DNA of 64,000 nt from the IMG/VR virus record IMGVR_UViG_3300033121_001593, positions 64,001-128,000 of that record; one strand, written 5' to 3'. The first letter of the stretch is position 1, and the number at the start of each line of letters is the position of its first letter. Origin of the DNA: a virus. Taxonomy: Duplodnaviria > Caudoviricetes. Shown here one piece after another: positions 36,451 to 45,861 of the stretch. The position numbers and the translations under genes are program-made. A model generated the notes under the pieces. It was not told where the DNA came from, made no database searches, and worked only from the letters and a program-made list of their open reading frames with translations.

Positions 36451-36761
36451 GAGGCCCTCCGGGCTGGTGACGGAATAGCCGGCAAGGCCGGCAGGGTGTA
36501 CTGGTAGGCGGCGGCGATCTTGCGGGCGTGTTCGGCCAGATCGACCGCCTCACGCGCGCTGTTCAAATGACGGGCGTCCCTGGTCCGCTTGTAGGCGACC
36601 AGGCCCTTGATAGCCTCGGCCTTCATACGCTGATAGCTATTCAGCGCCAGGGCTAGCTGGCGTTCGGCGGCCAGCGCCTCGGCCTTGACCCGCTCCTCTT
36701 CGATGTAGGCCGGGTCCGCCCGGCGCTCTAACGTCGCTTGAGAGAGAAATCCTCTAGGCAT
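36447..36761 (-). CDS. Hypothetical protein
   Basis: 104-aa helical ORF. Confidence 0.55.
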   Translation of the reverse strand: MPRGFLSQATLERRADPAYIEEERVKAEALAAERQLALALNSYQRMKAEAIKGLVAYKRTRDARHLNSAREAVDLAEHARKIAAAYQYTLPALPAIPSPARRAS

Positions 36762-36915
36762 GATCGGCCCCTTTCTTCAGCGCCAGCTTCTGCGTCCGGC
36801 GAACCTCCCGCCGGAGCAGGGCCTTGCGGCCTCTCTTGCCCTTGTTGCAGCACGAGCACTTGACGCCACCCGCTCCGCAGCGGGCGTCCATCGTCTTACG
36901 AAAAGTGTCAGCCAT
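36754..36915 (-). CDS. Small basic Cys-rich protein (not in the ORF track)
   Basis: AAAGGAC RBS; MADTFRKTMDARCGAGGVKCSCCNKGKRGRK... Confidence 0.55.
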   Translation of the reverse strand: MADTFRKTMDARCGAGGVKCSCCNKGKRGRKALLRREVRRTQKLALKKGADHA

Positions 36916-36948
36916 GGTCGGTGAGTCCTTTCGGAAAAAGGGGCTTGC

Positions 36949-37218
36949 TTACTCGCAGGCTCCCTTGATGTAACGGGTATCGGCGGGCAGCGCCCAGACC
37001 GGGATGGTTGAGGGGGTGGGCCGGGCGATGGCGGCGAAGCCGTCGATACCCTGCTCGTCAGTGGTGGCCTCGTCGGCAATCTCGTACCAGATCGCTGCGG
37101 CTGCCCAGTCGGTGTAGGTGGCGACCGTCTCGGTGCCGGTGACGATGACGATCCGGCGCTCGAAGGGGTTGTCTAGGGCGGTATAGGTGGGGGCGGTTGC
37201 GGTGGTCTGGGTGGTCAT
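36949..37218 (-). CDS. Hypothetical early protein (MTTQT start, first gene behind P2)
   Basis: Promoter-proximal, AAAGGAC RBS. Confidence 0.75.
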   Translation of the reverse strand: MTTQTTATAPTYTALDNPFERRIVIVTGTETVATYTDWAAAAIWYEIADEATTDEQGIDGFAAIARPTPSTIPVWALPADTRYIKGACE

Positions 37219-37263
37219 TTCGGCTGGTCCTTTGGGTTTCGCTTCGCTTATCTAACTATAAGA

Positions 37264-37316
37264 ATTATACTCCTATTCGTTCAGAATGTCAAGCAAAAAT
37301 GAGAATTTTTAAGGTT
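37264..37316 (-). promoter_or_regulatory. Early promoter cassette P2
   Basis: AACCTTAAA...TTGACA-N17-TATAAT. Confidence 0.88.
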
Positions 37317-37355
37317 GGACGCAAAACTCGTTTTTTTTCTCCCCCCAGGCGCGCG

Positions 37356-37694
37356 CTACTTCGGCTCGTAGCCGATCAGGCTGGCGATCTGGCGTATCAG
37401 ATCGTAGCCTTCCTCGGAGTAGACGTTGACCCGGCGCACGGCGTCGCCGATCCCGTGGACGTTGGCGCGCATCCACATCACGCGCTCGACGCCGGCGGCA
37501 TCCAGGACGGCGTCGCCGGGGGTCTTCTTGTTGACCTTGACGCCATTCTCCAGGACCCAGCTTATCTTAGTTTCGGCGACGACCTTCAGCGGGGCGTAGC
37601 ACTCGCGCTCGATGATGCGGCCGCGCTCGTCATAGCGGCGGCGGTTCCCGTCATAGATATAGACCGTTTCGCCCAGGCCGATTTGCAGTGTCAT
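37356..37694 (-). CDS. Hypothetical small beta-barrel protein
   Basis: AAGGAG RBS; start MTLQIGLGETVYIYD. Confidence 0.6.
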   Translation of the reverse strand: MTLQIGLGETVYIYDGNRRRYDERGRIIERECYAPLKVVAETKISWVLENGVKVNKKTPGDAVLDAAGVERVMWMRANVHGIGDAVRRVNVYSEEGYDLIRQIASLIGYEPK

Positions 37695-37756
37695 AGGGTA
37701 GCTCCTTGTAGGCTTGCGGGCCGGCCTCATTCTAGCCGGCCCGGTGGATTGATTGA

Positions 37757-38428
37757 CTAGCCGACCTTGATCTTGGCTGCGCCGTGGGGGAGGCCCCAGT
37801 TCTTAGCGCAGACCGGCCCATAGCCGTGGGTGGTCGATGCCTCGTCGGTCAGGGCCTTACCGCAAAAGCAGCACTCGCCCTGAGCCTTGCCCAGGCGGCC
37901 CAGCGCCTCAGCGGGGTCGGCGGCGATTTCGGCCAGGACCTTGGTCACCGCCCCGCTGAAGTCGCGGCCGGGGTGAAAAGCGCCGGCCTTGTCGATGCGC
38001 CCGTAAAAGCGGCTCTGGCTGTAGCCCTGGCCGTCCGTCACCATCAGGTCGCCGGCATAGCGGCTGGCCTGGCCGGCTCGCTGGATACGCACGGTGCCGG
38101 CGCTCGTTGCGAAGGTCACCCGCGGGTATTGCAGGCTGCTCGATGCGTGAGCGAATAGCTCAACGATTGCGCCCATGCCGGCGGACTGCTCGACCTTGGG
38201 CTGCTCGACCTTGGGCTGCTCGTCAACGATCCGGCCCTCGGCCTTCTCGACCATGTAACGCGCCCAGTCCTCCTGAGCCTTGGTCCAGACACGCGTCCGG
38301 CGCAGGCTGAGGGCGAAGTCGCCGGGGACTTTCTTCAGGCCGTTGACAACCTCGACCTCGCTTAGGTTGCTGGTGAATTCTACTACCCGATTATTGTCTC
38401 GCTTGAGGGTGACTGAGTAAGTGCCCAT
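37757..38428 (-). CDS. DUF6011-type Zn-finger protein
   Basis: C-terminal 'CCFCGKALTDEASTTHGYGPVCA'. Confidence 0.78.
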   Translation of the reverse strand: MGTYSVTLKRDNNRVVEFTSNLSEVEVVNGLKKVPGDFALSLRRTRVWTKAQEDWARYMVEKAEGRIVDEQPKVEQPKVEQSAGMGAIVELFAHASSSLQYPRVTFATSAGTVRIQRAGQASRYAGDLMVTDGQGYSQSRFYGRIDKAGAFHPGRDFSGAVTKVLAEIAADPAEALGRLGKAQGECCFCGKALTDEASTTHGYGPVCAKNWGLPHGAAKIKVG

Positions 38429-38455
38429 TTTTGCTGCTCCTTTGTCCGGTCGCTA

Positions 38456-38620
38456 CTAGCCGATGATGCTCTGGACCAGGCCGGCCTTCGGCCCGTTCTC
38501 TACGATGAATTCCATAACCTCGTCGTCGCTGCAGGCCATAACGTCGAAGCTATGCTGGCGTCCGTTGCTGGTCATTACTACCTTGAAGGTCCTGAGGCTG
38601 CGGTTGCTGGTGGGGGTCAT
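38456..38620 (-). CDS. Small early protein (54 aa, first gene behind P3; not in the ORF track)
   Basis: AAAAGGAC RBS; MTPTSNRSLRTFKVVMTSNGRQHSFDVMACS... Confidence 0.65.
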   Translation of the reverse strand: MTPTSNRSLRTFKVVMTSNGRQHSFDVMACSDDEVMEFIVENGPKAGLVQSIIG

Positions 38621-38666
38621 TTCGGCTGGTCCTTTTGGTCTCTAACTCTTTCGCTTCGTTGATCTC

Positions 38667-38711
38667 ATTTTACTCCTATTCGTTCACTTTGTCAAGGTAT
38701 TCAACCTTAAA
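38667..38711 (-). promoter_or_regulatory. Early promoter cassette P3
   Basis: Inverted AACCTTAAA plus TTGACA-N17-TAAAAT. Confidence 0.85.
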
Positions 38712-38793
38712 CTTTGGGGCTTTTTCAAAACTCGTCGAACGCCAAAAAGCCCGCGCTCAGGCGGGCCTCCGGGGGTGATCGGGCGGGAATAAC

Positions 38794-39159
38794 TCAGGCG
38801 GGCGGGGGGATCATACCCGCGCCCAGGACGGCGGCGCGGACGGCAGGCACCCTGCGCGTCAGATGGACCTCGACGGCGGTAAGCTGGCCGGCGTCGAACA
38901 TGGCCAGGATCAGCGCCTCCTCACACTCGGCAATCTGCGGGGTGACCTGCTCGATCCCAAAATAGGCGACGGCTAGCTCGCGGGCCTGAAGCTGGTCCTC
39001 AAGATTAAAGGTGATTCCTGTCTTGCGCGCCATGTCCTCGATCCCATAGACGGCGCTATTGGCCCGCTCGATGATCCCGGCTTCTAGCCGGCGCGCCTCG
39101 GCTAGCGCGCTCCGTGCCTGGACCAGCCGTACTGATGCGGATACTACTAGCTCATTCAC
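38794..39159 (-). CDS. Hypothetical protein
   Basis: 121 aa, overlapping chain. Confidence 0.55.
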   Translation of the reverse strand: MNELVVSASVRLVQARSALAEARRLEAGIIERANSAVYGIEDMARKTGITFNLEDQLQARELAVAYFGIEQVTPQIAECEEALILAMFDAGQLTAVEVHLTRRVPAVRAAVLGAGMIPPPA

Positions 39160-39376
39160 TTGGGGCCTCCCCGGTCGGCACGGTCGCGCCGATCTTGTTC
39201 AGTAGGTGAACGATCAGATTGATCGTTCCGGCCGTGAGCAGGGGTTCGCTCACCGTCTGGCCGGCGTGAATACCGCTGCGGGCGACACGCTGCGTCGGCA
39301 GGGACGCTTCCAGCAGCGTCCGCGCCATCGCGCCGGCGGCTTTGATCTCGGCGGCGTCGAAGGTTCCTGTGGTCAT
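39152..39376 (-). CDS. Hypothetical protein
   Basis: ATGA overlap, GGAG RBS. Confidence 0.55.
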   Translation of the reverse strand: MTTGTFDAAEIKAAGAMARTLLEASLPTQRVARSGIHAGQTVSEPLLTAGTINLIVHLLNKIGATVPTGEAPSE

Positions 39377-39609
39377 GATTCTCTCCGGGTGGTGAACTCG
39401 AAACTGATCGCCCAGCCCGTCTCGGCCTCGTCTACATAGACCTGGGCAAAGGCGCGGCGGCCGTCGACCATATCCACACTGACGCCAGCCACGTCGCCCT
39501 CGGTCCAGGTTACGGCGGCGCTCACGGCTCCGCCATGATCGACGGCGGCCTCGAAGGCCCCTGCACAGGCGGCCTCCCGCTCGGTGACTGTCATTGTATC
39601 GGTGGTCAT
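39373..39609 (-). CDS. Hypothetical early protein, Leu-free
   Basis: 78 aa, 0 Leu. Confidence 0.7.
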   Translation of the reverse strand: MTTDTMTVTEREAACAGAFEAAVDHGGAVSAAVTWTEGDVAGVSVDMVDGRRAFAQVYVDEAETGWAISFEFTTRRES

Positions 39610-39663
39610 TTAGATAGGCCCTTTCACGCTGTCCGGGCGGGGAATTCCCCGCCCGGTGATTGA

Positions 39664-39864
39664 CTAGAAACGATGGCTGCGCTCGAAGTGGCGCTCGGCC
39701 ATCCCGGCCTCGTGGGCGGCGGCGGCAGCGGCTTCGTAAGCGGCGAAGGCGGCGGCGGCCTCAGGGGACTCAGGCCCGAAGGCGGCGGCGGCTCGGCTGT
39801 GGGCGGCGGCGGCGCTTATGGCGGCCCCTTCGGCAAAACTGGCTCGGCGGCTGTAGCTCGTCAT
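39664..39864 (-). CDS. Ala-rich early protein, Leu- and Val-free (first gene behind P4)
   Basis: 66 aa; AAAGGAC RBS. Confidence 0.7.
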   Translation of the reverse strand: MTSYSRRASFAEGAAISAAAAHSRAAAAFGPESPEAAAAFAAYEAAAAAAHEAGMAERHFERSHRF

Positions 39865-39915
39865 GTTCGGGTGGTCCTTTCCTGGTCGCTGCGGCTGACT
39901 TACTTCACTATAGCC

Positions 39916-39988
39916 ATTCTACTATAGGTCGTTTAGTTTGTCAAGCAAAAAAGGCCCTTTTGGCAAAAAGTCGTAAAGTTTTAAGGTT
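39916..39988 (-). promoter_or_regulatory. Early promoter cassette P4
   Basis: AACCTTAAA...TTGACA-N17-TAGAAT. Confidence 0.88.
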
Positions 39989-40040
39989 GACGCAAAAAGG
40001 ACGCCGCGCGGCGTCCTTTTCATGGTTCCGGGGGTCCGGC

Positions 40041-40670
40041 TCAGGCGAACAGGTAAACGTCGCCCCCGTCCGCCAGGACGCCCTCGCGCCGCCAGGAATT
40101 CGGCCAGGGGGTAGGCTCGGCGGCGGGCGGCTCATCGATCATGATATGCACCTCCGGGGCTAAGGCCAGCGTCATGTCCAGATCGCCGGCCTCGTGCAGG
40201 AGCTTGGCGGCATCATACCAGCGGTGGCGTAGCTCCTTCCAGTCGATAGTGTCCAGGCTCCAGCCGGCATCGGCGACGGCGGCCTCGATCTCTACCAGGA
40301 TATCGGCCGTCGTGACGATCTCGGTCCAGATCGCGCGCAGGCCCGGCAGGCTGCCGGAGCGAACCGTCCTCAGCACCCAGCAGGCGTTGATCAGCGCCCG
40401 GCCGGCGGTCGGGTGCTCCATCGTCAGCTTGTCCACCAGCCACTCGGCGGCCGTGGGGAAGTCCTCACGCTCGCACCACTCGCAGCAGGCCGCGCAGGCG
40501 ACCAGGGCGCACTCGCAGCCCGTCTCCGGGACGCTGCACCATCGCTCGTGATCGGGGTGGACCTCGCCCACGATTATCTGACCGCAGGCGTGGCAGATAT
40601 CATTCGTGGCGCTCAGCACGGGCGGTAGATCAGCCGGCCCGGCGTCCCATCCGTTTGTGTTTGTGTTCAT
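40041..40670 (-). CDS. Hypothetical protein with an N-terminal Cys-rich Zn-binding region
   Basis: CHAC...CEC...CAACCEWC. Confidence 0.65.
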   Translation of the reverse strand: MNTNTNGWDAGPADLPPVLSATNDICHACGQIIVGEVHPDHERWCSVPETGCECALVACAACCEWCEREDFPTAAEWLVDKLTMEHPTAGRALINACWVLRTVRSGSLPGLRAIWTEIVTTADILVEIEAAVADAGWSLDTIDWKELRHRWYDAAKLLHEAGDLDMTLALAPEVHIMIDEPPAAEPTPWPNSWRREGVLADGGDVYLFA

Positions 40671-40694
40671 CGGTGTATCCTCTCACAGAATAGG

Positions 40695-41240
40695 CTAGGC
40701 GCGCGCAGCGGCGGCCTCGTCCTGGGGCGTTGTATCGCCCATGGTAAAAACCTCGTCGCCCTCCGGCAGGACGCGCTGATAGATCAGCAGGCCGGCGTAC
40801 CTTCGCGGGTTGGCAAAGAAGCGCAGGCCGGCCCGATCCGGCGCGGTGACGATCCTCGACGGCGGGTCGGTGATTCCGCTGGCCCAGCCGCGAAAGATCG
40901 CCCATTCGCCGATCTCGGCGTCGGCGTGATCCGTCAGGACTACTAAGGCGCTAGGCGGCCCGTCCGGCGCTCTTAGCACCGTATAGGCTACACCAGGCCG
41001 TAGCTCGGCTAAAAGCCCGTCCAGCGGCCTACGGTGGGCGCTAGCGGCCCCTACGACGTGCACCGACCGGGCGATTTCGGCGTCGATACTGAGAGCCTCC
41101 GCGCTCAGTTCGGCCAGGATCGCCCGCAGGCTCGCGGCCCGCTCCGGCTCGGTCATATCCGGCCAGGGCACGGCAAACGTGAAGTTCAGGGCCAGGATCA
41201 GGGGCGTCCTCATTCGGGACGCGATGATCGGCCCGCTCAC
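40695..41240 (-). CDS. Hypothetical protein
   Basis: 181-aa ORF in chain. Confidence 0.5.
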   Translation of the reverse strand: MSGPIIASRMRTPLILALNFTFAVPWPDMTEPERAASLRAILAELSAEALSIDAEIARSVHVVGAASAHRRPLDGLLAELRPGVAYTVLRAPDGPPSALVVLTDHADAEIGEWAIFRGWASGITDPPSRIVTAPDRAGLRFFANPRRYAGLLIYQRVLPEGDEVFTMGDTTPQDEAAAARA

Positions 41241-41608
41241 TTGCGGGCTTGCGGGTTGACGGTCAGGCCGCCATCGTTGACCGCCAGCGCCAGGCGCTTT
41301 CTGCCTATCGCCAGCCGCGTCGCCTCAAGCCGGTCGGCGGCGTCGGTATCACCGACCGCCAGGGCCTGCCGCTTCAGACGCAGGCAGGAGGCCTCGGCCT
41401 CCAGCAGGCCGACCTCGTCATCGGGCGCGGGCGCGTCGCCGCGGGCGACGGCGTCAGCCGCGACGCGCGCCACGACCACGGCGCGCACAGCGGCGGCCCG
41501 TGACGGGGCGACGGTCGCGCGCAAGTGCTCGGCCTCGCCGACCGAAAGCATCAGGGGCACCGAGACGGTCTCGGTGCCGGTGGGGTATACAGCGTGTCTA
41601 CCGGGCAT
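41237..41608 (-). CDS. Hypothetical protein
   Basis: 123-aa ORF in chain. Confidence 0.55.
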   Translation of the reverse strand: MPGRHAVYPTGTETVSVPLMLSVGEAEHLRATVAPSRAAAVRAVVVARVAADAVARGDAPAPDDEVGLLEAEASCLRLKRQALAVGDTDAADRLEATRLAIGRKRLALAVNDGGLTVNPQARK

Positions 41609-41963
41609 TCTCTTTCATCCTTTCCTTCTGTTCCGCCTGCCGGATATCCTCCTGGACCTCCGGCGCTAGCCAGACGAGTCTGGTGCCCAAGGGGGCGTCG
41701 ATTTCGGCCTCGAAGCGCGCCAGCGCGCCCGTGCCGGCCGTACTGCGTAGCTCGCCGTTCACAAGGCGCAGCGGGTGCTCCGGCTTGAGCCAGGGCTTCC
41801 AGTTGACCGTGAAACCATGCGCCGCCAAGAAGGCGGCCATCTCATGATTGCGCGTGTAGACCGTGACCAGGCCGCCCGGCACAACCAGCGGGTCGGGGCC
41901 GGCCAGATCGACCACCAGCCGGTGGACGTTGCGCGCAATCGAATAAACCGCTTGTGGCTCCAT
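41598..41963 (-). CDS. Hypothetical protein (probably leaderless)
   Basis: ATG lies 6 nt after a -10 box. Confidence 0.6.
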   Translation of the reverse strand: MEPQAVYSIARNVHRLVVDLAGPDPLVVPGGLVTVYTRNHEMAAFLAAHGFTVNWKPWLKPEHPLRLVNGELRSTAGTGALARFEAEIDAPLGTRLVWLAPEVQEDIRQAEQKERMKENAR

Positions 41964-41969
41964 AGCTTA

Positions 41970-41997
41970 ATTTTACCACCCTCATTCATCCTGTCAA
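41970..41997 (-). promoter_or_regulatory. Sigma70 promoter (leaderless transcript)
   Basis: TTGACA-N16-(TGn)TAAAAT. Confidence 0.65.
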
Positions 41998-42007
41998 TAG
42001 GCAGTTT

Positions 42008-42193
42008 TTAACCGCGCCGCTCGGCCTCGATGGCGGCTAGCTCGGCCTGATAGCCCCGCTCCGCCAGCCACTGCTCGACGGGCATCCGCCGGCCGCCGGC
42101 CCGCACATAGGCGGCATACTCGAACAGCCAGTCAGGGACGTTGGTCACCACCACAGACTCGCCGTCCGTGGTGGTTAGGATCACGTCTTTCAT
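42008..42193 (-). CDS. Hypothetical protein
   Basis: ATGA overlap with the upstream gene. Confidence 0.55.
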   Translation of the reverse strand: MKDVILTTTDGESVVVTNVPDWLFEYAAYVRAGGRRMPVEQWLAERGYQAELAAIEAERRG

Positions 42194-42741
42194 TTAGTCA
42201 CCTTGGCGACCAGATCGGCGGCGTTGATATCGCTCAGGGCCAGCGTGAGACCGACGATTGTGTCCAGGATGCCCCGGCGGATTTCCATGTTATAGACTTC
42301 CATCAGGTCGACCAGGGCATGGCCAGCCTTGATGCACACGGCGTCGAAGATATACTGGCCGGCCTTCAGCACCGCCCACTCGGCCTTGATCTGACCGTAT
42401 TCGGCGACCAGCAGCGGGCACTCGTCCTTCTTGACCTTGAAGCCGGCCTCGGCCTGCGCCCGGCGTAACTCCGCCAGGTAGGACCGAAAGTCGCGCTTGG
42501 TCATCATGTAGGACTCTTTCGGGTCCGCAACGTAGGCCGGCACAACTCCGCCGCGCTTGATGTAACGCTGCGCAATCGCCCGCGAATAGGGGAACCGGCG
42601 GCGCTCCAGGATGGCGGTCTGATAGCCGACCACGGTCGGCCGGATGGCCTCGGTGTATGCCTTGGCGATAACCAGGGCCTCGACGGCGGCTTTCAGTTCG
42701 GGGGTGATCTCAGGCTTGGCAAAGCGGGGGGTGCGGGTCAT
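42190..42741 (-). CDS. Hypothetical protein
   Basis: AAAGGAC RBS; 183 aa. Confidence 0.7.
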   Translation of the reverse strand: MTRTPRFAKPEITPELKAAVEALVIAKAYTEAIRPTVVGYQTAILERRRFPYSRAIAQRYIKRGGVVPAYVADPKESYMMTKRDFRSYLAELRRAQAEAGFKVKKDECPLLVAEYGQIKAEWAVLKAGQYIFDAVCIKAGHALVDLMEVYNMEIRRGILDTIVGLTLALSDINAADLVAKVTK

Positions 42742-42764
42742 GATGGGAGTCCTTTCTATCGCTA

Positions 42765-42810
42765 GCCCGGCTGGTCGGCCTCGTGATGAGGAGCTTGCAC
42801 CAGTCCGGGC
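42765..42810 (-). ncRNA. Conserved intergenic RNA motif, copy A
   Basis: Shares the core GCAAGCUCCUC..GAGGCCGA and a covarying outer stem with 50389-50437. Confidence 0.55.
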
Positions 42811-42825
42811 GTTTGGTTGTTGGCT

Positions 42826-43074
42826 TTAGACGCCTTCGCCCTCGAAGCGCATTCGGGCATCTGCGACTGCCTGATTGGCGGCGGCCTGGTTCCGGCTGGC
42901 GGCCTGCCAGGCGGCCTCGGCGGCGTTGACCTTTGCGTCGTCGTCGGCGTTGCTTGGGTTACGCTGCATCCGGGCCTGCGCCCAAACCTTCCAGGCTGCG
43001 TCGGCGGCCTGATTGGCCTCGAAGCGTGCCTGCCGTGCTGCTCTTACCTGGGGGTGCTGGTTCTTGGCTGCCAT
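42826..43074 (-). CDS. Ala/Gln-rich early protein, Leu-free (first gene behind P5)
   Basis: 82 aa, 0 Leu; AAAAGGAC RBS. Confidence 0.72.
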   Translation of the reverse strand: MAAKNQHPQVRAARQARFEANQAADAAWKVWAQARMQRNPSNADDDAKVNAAEAAWQAASRNQAAANQAVADARMRFEGEGV

Positions 43075-43124
43075 GTTCGGGGGTCCTTTTCGCTCGCTGC
43101 TGAATGACTTACTTCACTATGACC

Positions 43125-43197
43125 ATTTTACTACAGGTCGTTTAGTTTGTCAAGCAAAAAAGGGCCTTTTGCCAAAAACTCGCAAAGTTTTAAGGTT
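43125..43197 (-). promoter_or_regulatory. Early promoter cassette P5
   Basis: AACCTTAAA...TTGACA-N17-TAAAAT; near-identical to P4 and P12. Confidence 0.88.
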
Positions 43198-43975
43198 GGG
43201 CCTCATTCAGGCGAATTCGAGCCACGACGGCGGTGACGTGTCCCTGATAGCGGGCATAGACGGCGGCCAGGCGCTTGGCTTGTTCGGCGGCGTCCTTGGC
43301 TATGCCGGCCAGCCAAAAGGCATCCTCGCGGCCCGGCGTCGGGCCTTCGCCCTTGGTCTGCTCGGCCAGGGCGACCGTCGTCGCGCCCATGTTGGACAGG
43401 ATGAGGCCGGCGCTGAGTAGCGCCTCCAGGGCGGCGGCGATATCGCGGGTATCGTTCACCGCCCGCTCGGCGTCCGTTTCGTCGGGGTGCCGGAAGGACC
43501 GCGCCAGGCGCTCGGCCTCGGCCTGCATCCACTGCGTCTCCAGGGCGGCGATGGCGTCCCGGCGGCGGCGCTGGAAGTCGTACACGGCACGGCGCGAGAC
43601 CGGCGCGCCGGCCCGGCTCAGGGCCGCGACGGCTGAAGCGCCGGCCCGCTCATAATCCAGCGGGCAGCGCAGGGCGCGATCCGTGAAGCGGTGCTCCCGG
43701 CCGACCGCCCACTCCCGGCTGGCCAGAAACTCGGCGGTGAGGGTGGCGGGGTCCGTATCGGGCGGCAAGACGCAACTGGCCTCGTAGCCTTCTTTACCGG
43801 CCGGCCAGGTCGCAAAGACCAAGGCCGGCACAAGCACGTCGTCATAGATCGGCGGCTCGAAGATCAGATCGACCAGGCGGGCGTCCGGCACCGTCTTGAC
43901 CTGGCGCAAGGACCGCCAGACGCGCAGGGGCACGGTTAGCTCAAAGGGCAGCGGGGTAGCATAAATGTTATTCAT
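43190..43975 (-). CDS. Hypothetical protein
   Basis: GAGGT RBS; 261 aa. Confidence 0.65.
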   Translation of the reverse strand: MNNIYATPLPFELTVPLRVWRSLRQVKTVPDARLVDLIFEPPIYDDVLVPALVFATWPAGKEGYEASCVLPPDTDPATLTAEFLASREWAVGREHRFTDRALRCPLDYERAGASAVAALSRAGAPVSRRAVYDFQRRRRDAIAALETQWMQAEAERLARSFRHPDETDAERAVNDTRDIAAALEALLSAGLILSNMGATTVALAEQTKGEGPTPGREDAFWLAGIAKDAAEQAKRLAAVYARYQGHVTAVVARIRLNEAQP

Positions 43976-44237
43976 AGGGGGTTATACCTCTCACACAGCA
44001 AAAGCCCGGCACGGGCCGCCTACGGCCTTGACGGGGCAACGTAGGCCCCCTCCCCCGATAGCCCACCGGCGCGGGCCAAGGGGGAGGCTTCCGTTCAATC
44101 CGTTGCTTCGTCGTTGACACAATCCGCCTACAAACCGCTCGACCGTCGTCACCCGACCAGCCGGCTCACTGCCGGGGATCATGCGCCGGGGCGCGCCTCA
44201 CGGTTACATTCAAACGCCGCGCCGGCGGCGTAGATGC

Positions 44238-44747
44238 CTAATAGACCGGGGGTGGGTCAGGGGTGATCTGCTCCAAGGCACGGCAGAGCTTATCGCCGGC
44301 CTCCTCGATATCCCGGCGCAGCGTCTTCTCGGTGGCCGGAGCGAACAGGTCCACGTTGTCCAGGACTTCGACCGCGGCGTGCACCGCCAGCTTGAGAATA
44401 GCCAGGTCGCTCCAGGCCCGCGATAGCTGCGCCTCGATGGCCAGGCGCTCGTCATTGGAAGCCGGCAGCGGGGCGTCGTCGGGCAGGAGGACCGCCTCGT
44501 CTAAAAGCTCGATGGCCCTGCGCACAAGCCGCGCGTCGCTCATATCCCGGATATGATACTCCGCCTTTTGATCCGGCCGGCCGGCAAAGCGGCTGACGCG
44601 CCTAACCTCGATCACGGCGTCGCTGGTCACGTCCACGGCAGCGGCCCGCGTCCAAACCCGCGCCTCGACCGTGACCGTGTACCGGTCGCCCGGCTGGCTC
44701 TCACGAAAGAGGACCGACAAGACGGCGTCGGGGTGAATGGCGATCAT
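44238..44747 (-). CDS. Hypothetical protein
   Basis: Likely start MIAIHPD, ATGA overlap. Confidence 0.55.
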   Translation of the reverse strand: MIAIHPDAVLSVLFRESQPGDRYTVTVEARVWTRAAAVDVTSDAVIEVRRVSRFAGRPDQKAEYHIRDMSDARLVRRAIELLDEAVLLPDDAPLPASNDERLAIEAQLSRAWSDLAILKLAVHAAVEVLDNVDLFAPATEKTLRRDIEEAGDKLCRALEQITPDPPPVY

Positions 44748-44983
44748 ACGGGCACCGCCTGCCAGGGTGCCTGCTCCAGGGCGACGCGCGCCACGTACCG
44801 CCCAACCACACAAGCCTCCGGCCCCTTCCAGTTATCGGCGTTGGCGTATTCCGCCAGGGCCGCGCGTAAGATCGCCTCGCGCTCCTGCGCGGCCTGCAAA
44901 GCCGCCTGCAAGGTCGCCTCACGGCCCGCCGCCGCCTGCAAAGCCGCCTTCAATCCGTTGATAATACCTTCTGAAGTTGCCAT
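44744..44983 (-). CDS. Small coiled-coil protein
   Basis: GAGGAG RBS; MATSEGIINGLKAALQAAA... Confidence 0.6.
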   Translation of the reverse strand: MATSEGIINGLKAALQAAAGREATLQAALQAAQEREAILRAALAEYANADNWKGPEACVVGRYVARVALEQAPWQAVPV

Positions 44984-45038
44984 CGTCGTGTCTCCTCGGA
45001 GAATGGGGCGGGGCAATTGCCCCGCCCGGTTGAATGCT

Positions 45039-45443
45039 CTAGCGCGGGCTGGCCCAGACACCGTCGCCAATGTAGGCCACCGCCCGGTGACTGCGGCCGG
45101 CGCTCGACGGGCTATTGTACAGCTTGATCCGCCCGCCCAGGTGCCGGGCGACCGCTGCAATCGTGTGGCTGCAGGCGCAGCCCTCGCCGATGTTCTGGCC
45201 GTATTCACAGGTGCAGGTACAGACCAGCGTCGGGCGGGTCGCGCCTTCCATCACGCTGCTGATCTGGCTGACCGTCACCTCGTAGATTTCGCCGGAGTGG
45301 CCGGACCCAACTACGAAGTCGCCGTCGCCGACCATATCCACAACGTGGGTGGCGGCCTTGGCGCTCATGCGGGCGACGTCGCGCTCGATCTCGGTGCCTT
45401 TGCGGTTAGTTCGGGGGGTGAAAACTGTCTTGATGCTGGCCAT
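45039..45443 (-). CDS. SWIM zinc-finger protein
   Basis: 'YEVTV...CTC...CSH' SWIM signature. Confidence 0.72.
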   Translation of the reverse strand: MASIKTVFTPRTNRKGTEIERDVARMSAKAATHVVDMVGDGDFVVGSGHSGEIYEVTVSQISSVMEGATRPTLVCTCTCEYGQNIGEGCACSHTIAAVARHLGGRIKLYNSPSSAGRSHRAVAYIGDGVWASPR

Positions 45444-45498
45444 GTTCGGGGGTCCTTTGTGCTAACGGGGCCGGAAAGTCCGGCCCCTGATTATCTGT

Positions 45499-45717
45499 CT
45501 AGTAGCGAATGCTCGCCTCGTTGCGGGTCTCAGGCTCGTCGCCGTTGTCGAAAATGATACCGCTGCCGTCGCAGTCGTAGCACCAGTTGTAACCGCTGGC
45601 TGCCGGGGCCTGTCCGTCTCGGCTGCCGCAGCCGCCGCAAGTCTCGCAGATCGGGCTGTCGCCTTCGGCTGCGTCGGGGGTCATTTCGGTCGTCTCGGTC
45701 CAGATTGTGCGGGTCAT
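45499..45717 (-). CDS. Small Zn-ribbon protein (CxxCxGxG x2), Leu- and Val-free (first gene behind P6)
   Basis: CETCGGCG...CYDCDGSG, DnaJ-type Zn motifs. Confidence 0.72.
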   Translation of the reverse strand: MTRTIWTETTEMTPDAAEGDSPICETCGGCGSRDGQAPAASGYNWCYDCDGSGIIFDNGDEPETRNEASIRY

Positions 45718-45771
45718 TTTCGGTGTCCTTTGCGTTCGCTGCGGCTGAATTAACGTATCTAACTATAAATC

Positions 45772-45816
45772 ATTTTACTCCTAGTCATTCAATTTGTCAA
45801 GGGGCTGAACCTTAAA
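45772..45816 (-). promoter_or_regulatory. Early promoter cassette P6
   Basis: Inverted AACCTTAAA plus TTGACA-N17-TAAAAT. Confidence 0.88.
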
Positions 45817-45861
45817 AGATTCGCATTTTTCAAAACTCGTTTGAGCCAGGCCGGGCGGCCC

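Noticed and set aside
42765-42810. Twister-sister or hammerhead ribozyme call for the repeated RNA motif
   Set aside because: It shares short words (GUGCAAG, AGGCCGAC) but the topology does not match, and there is no CUGAUGA/GAAA core.
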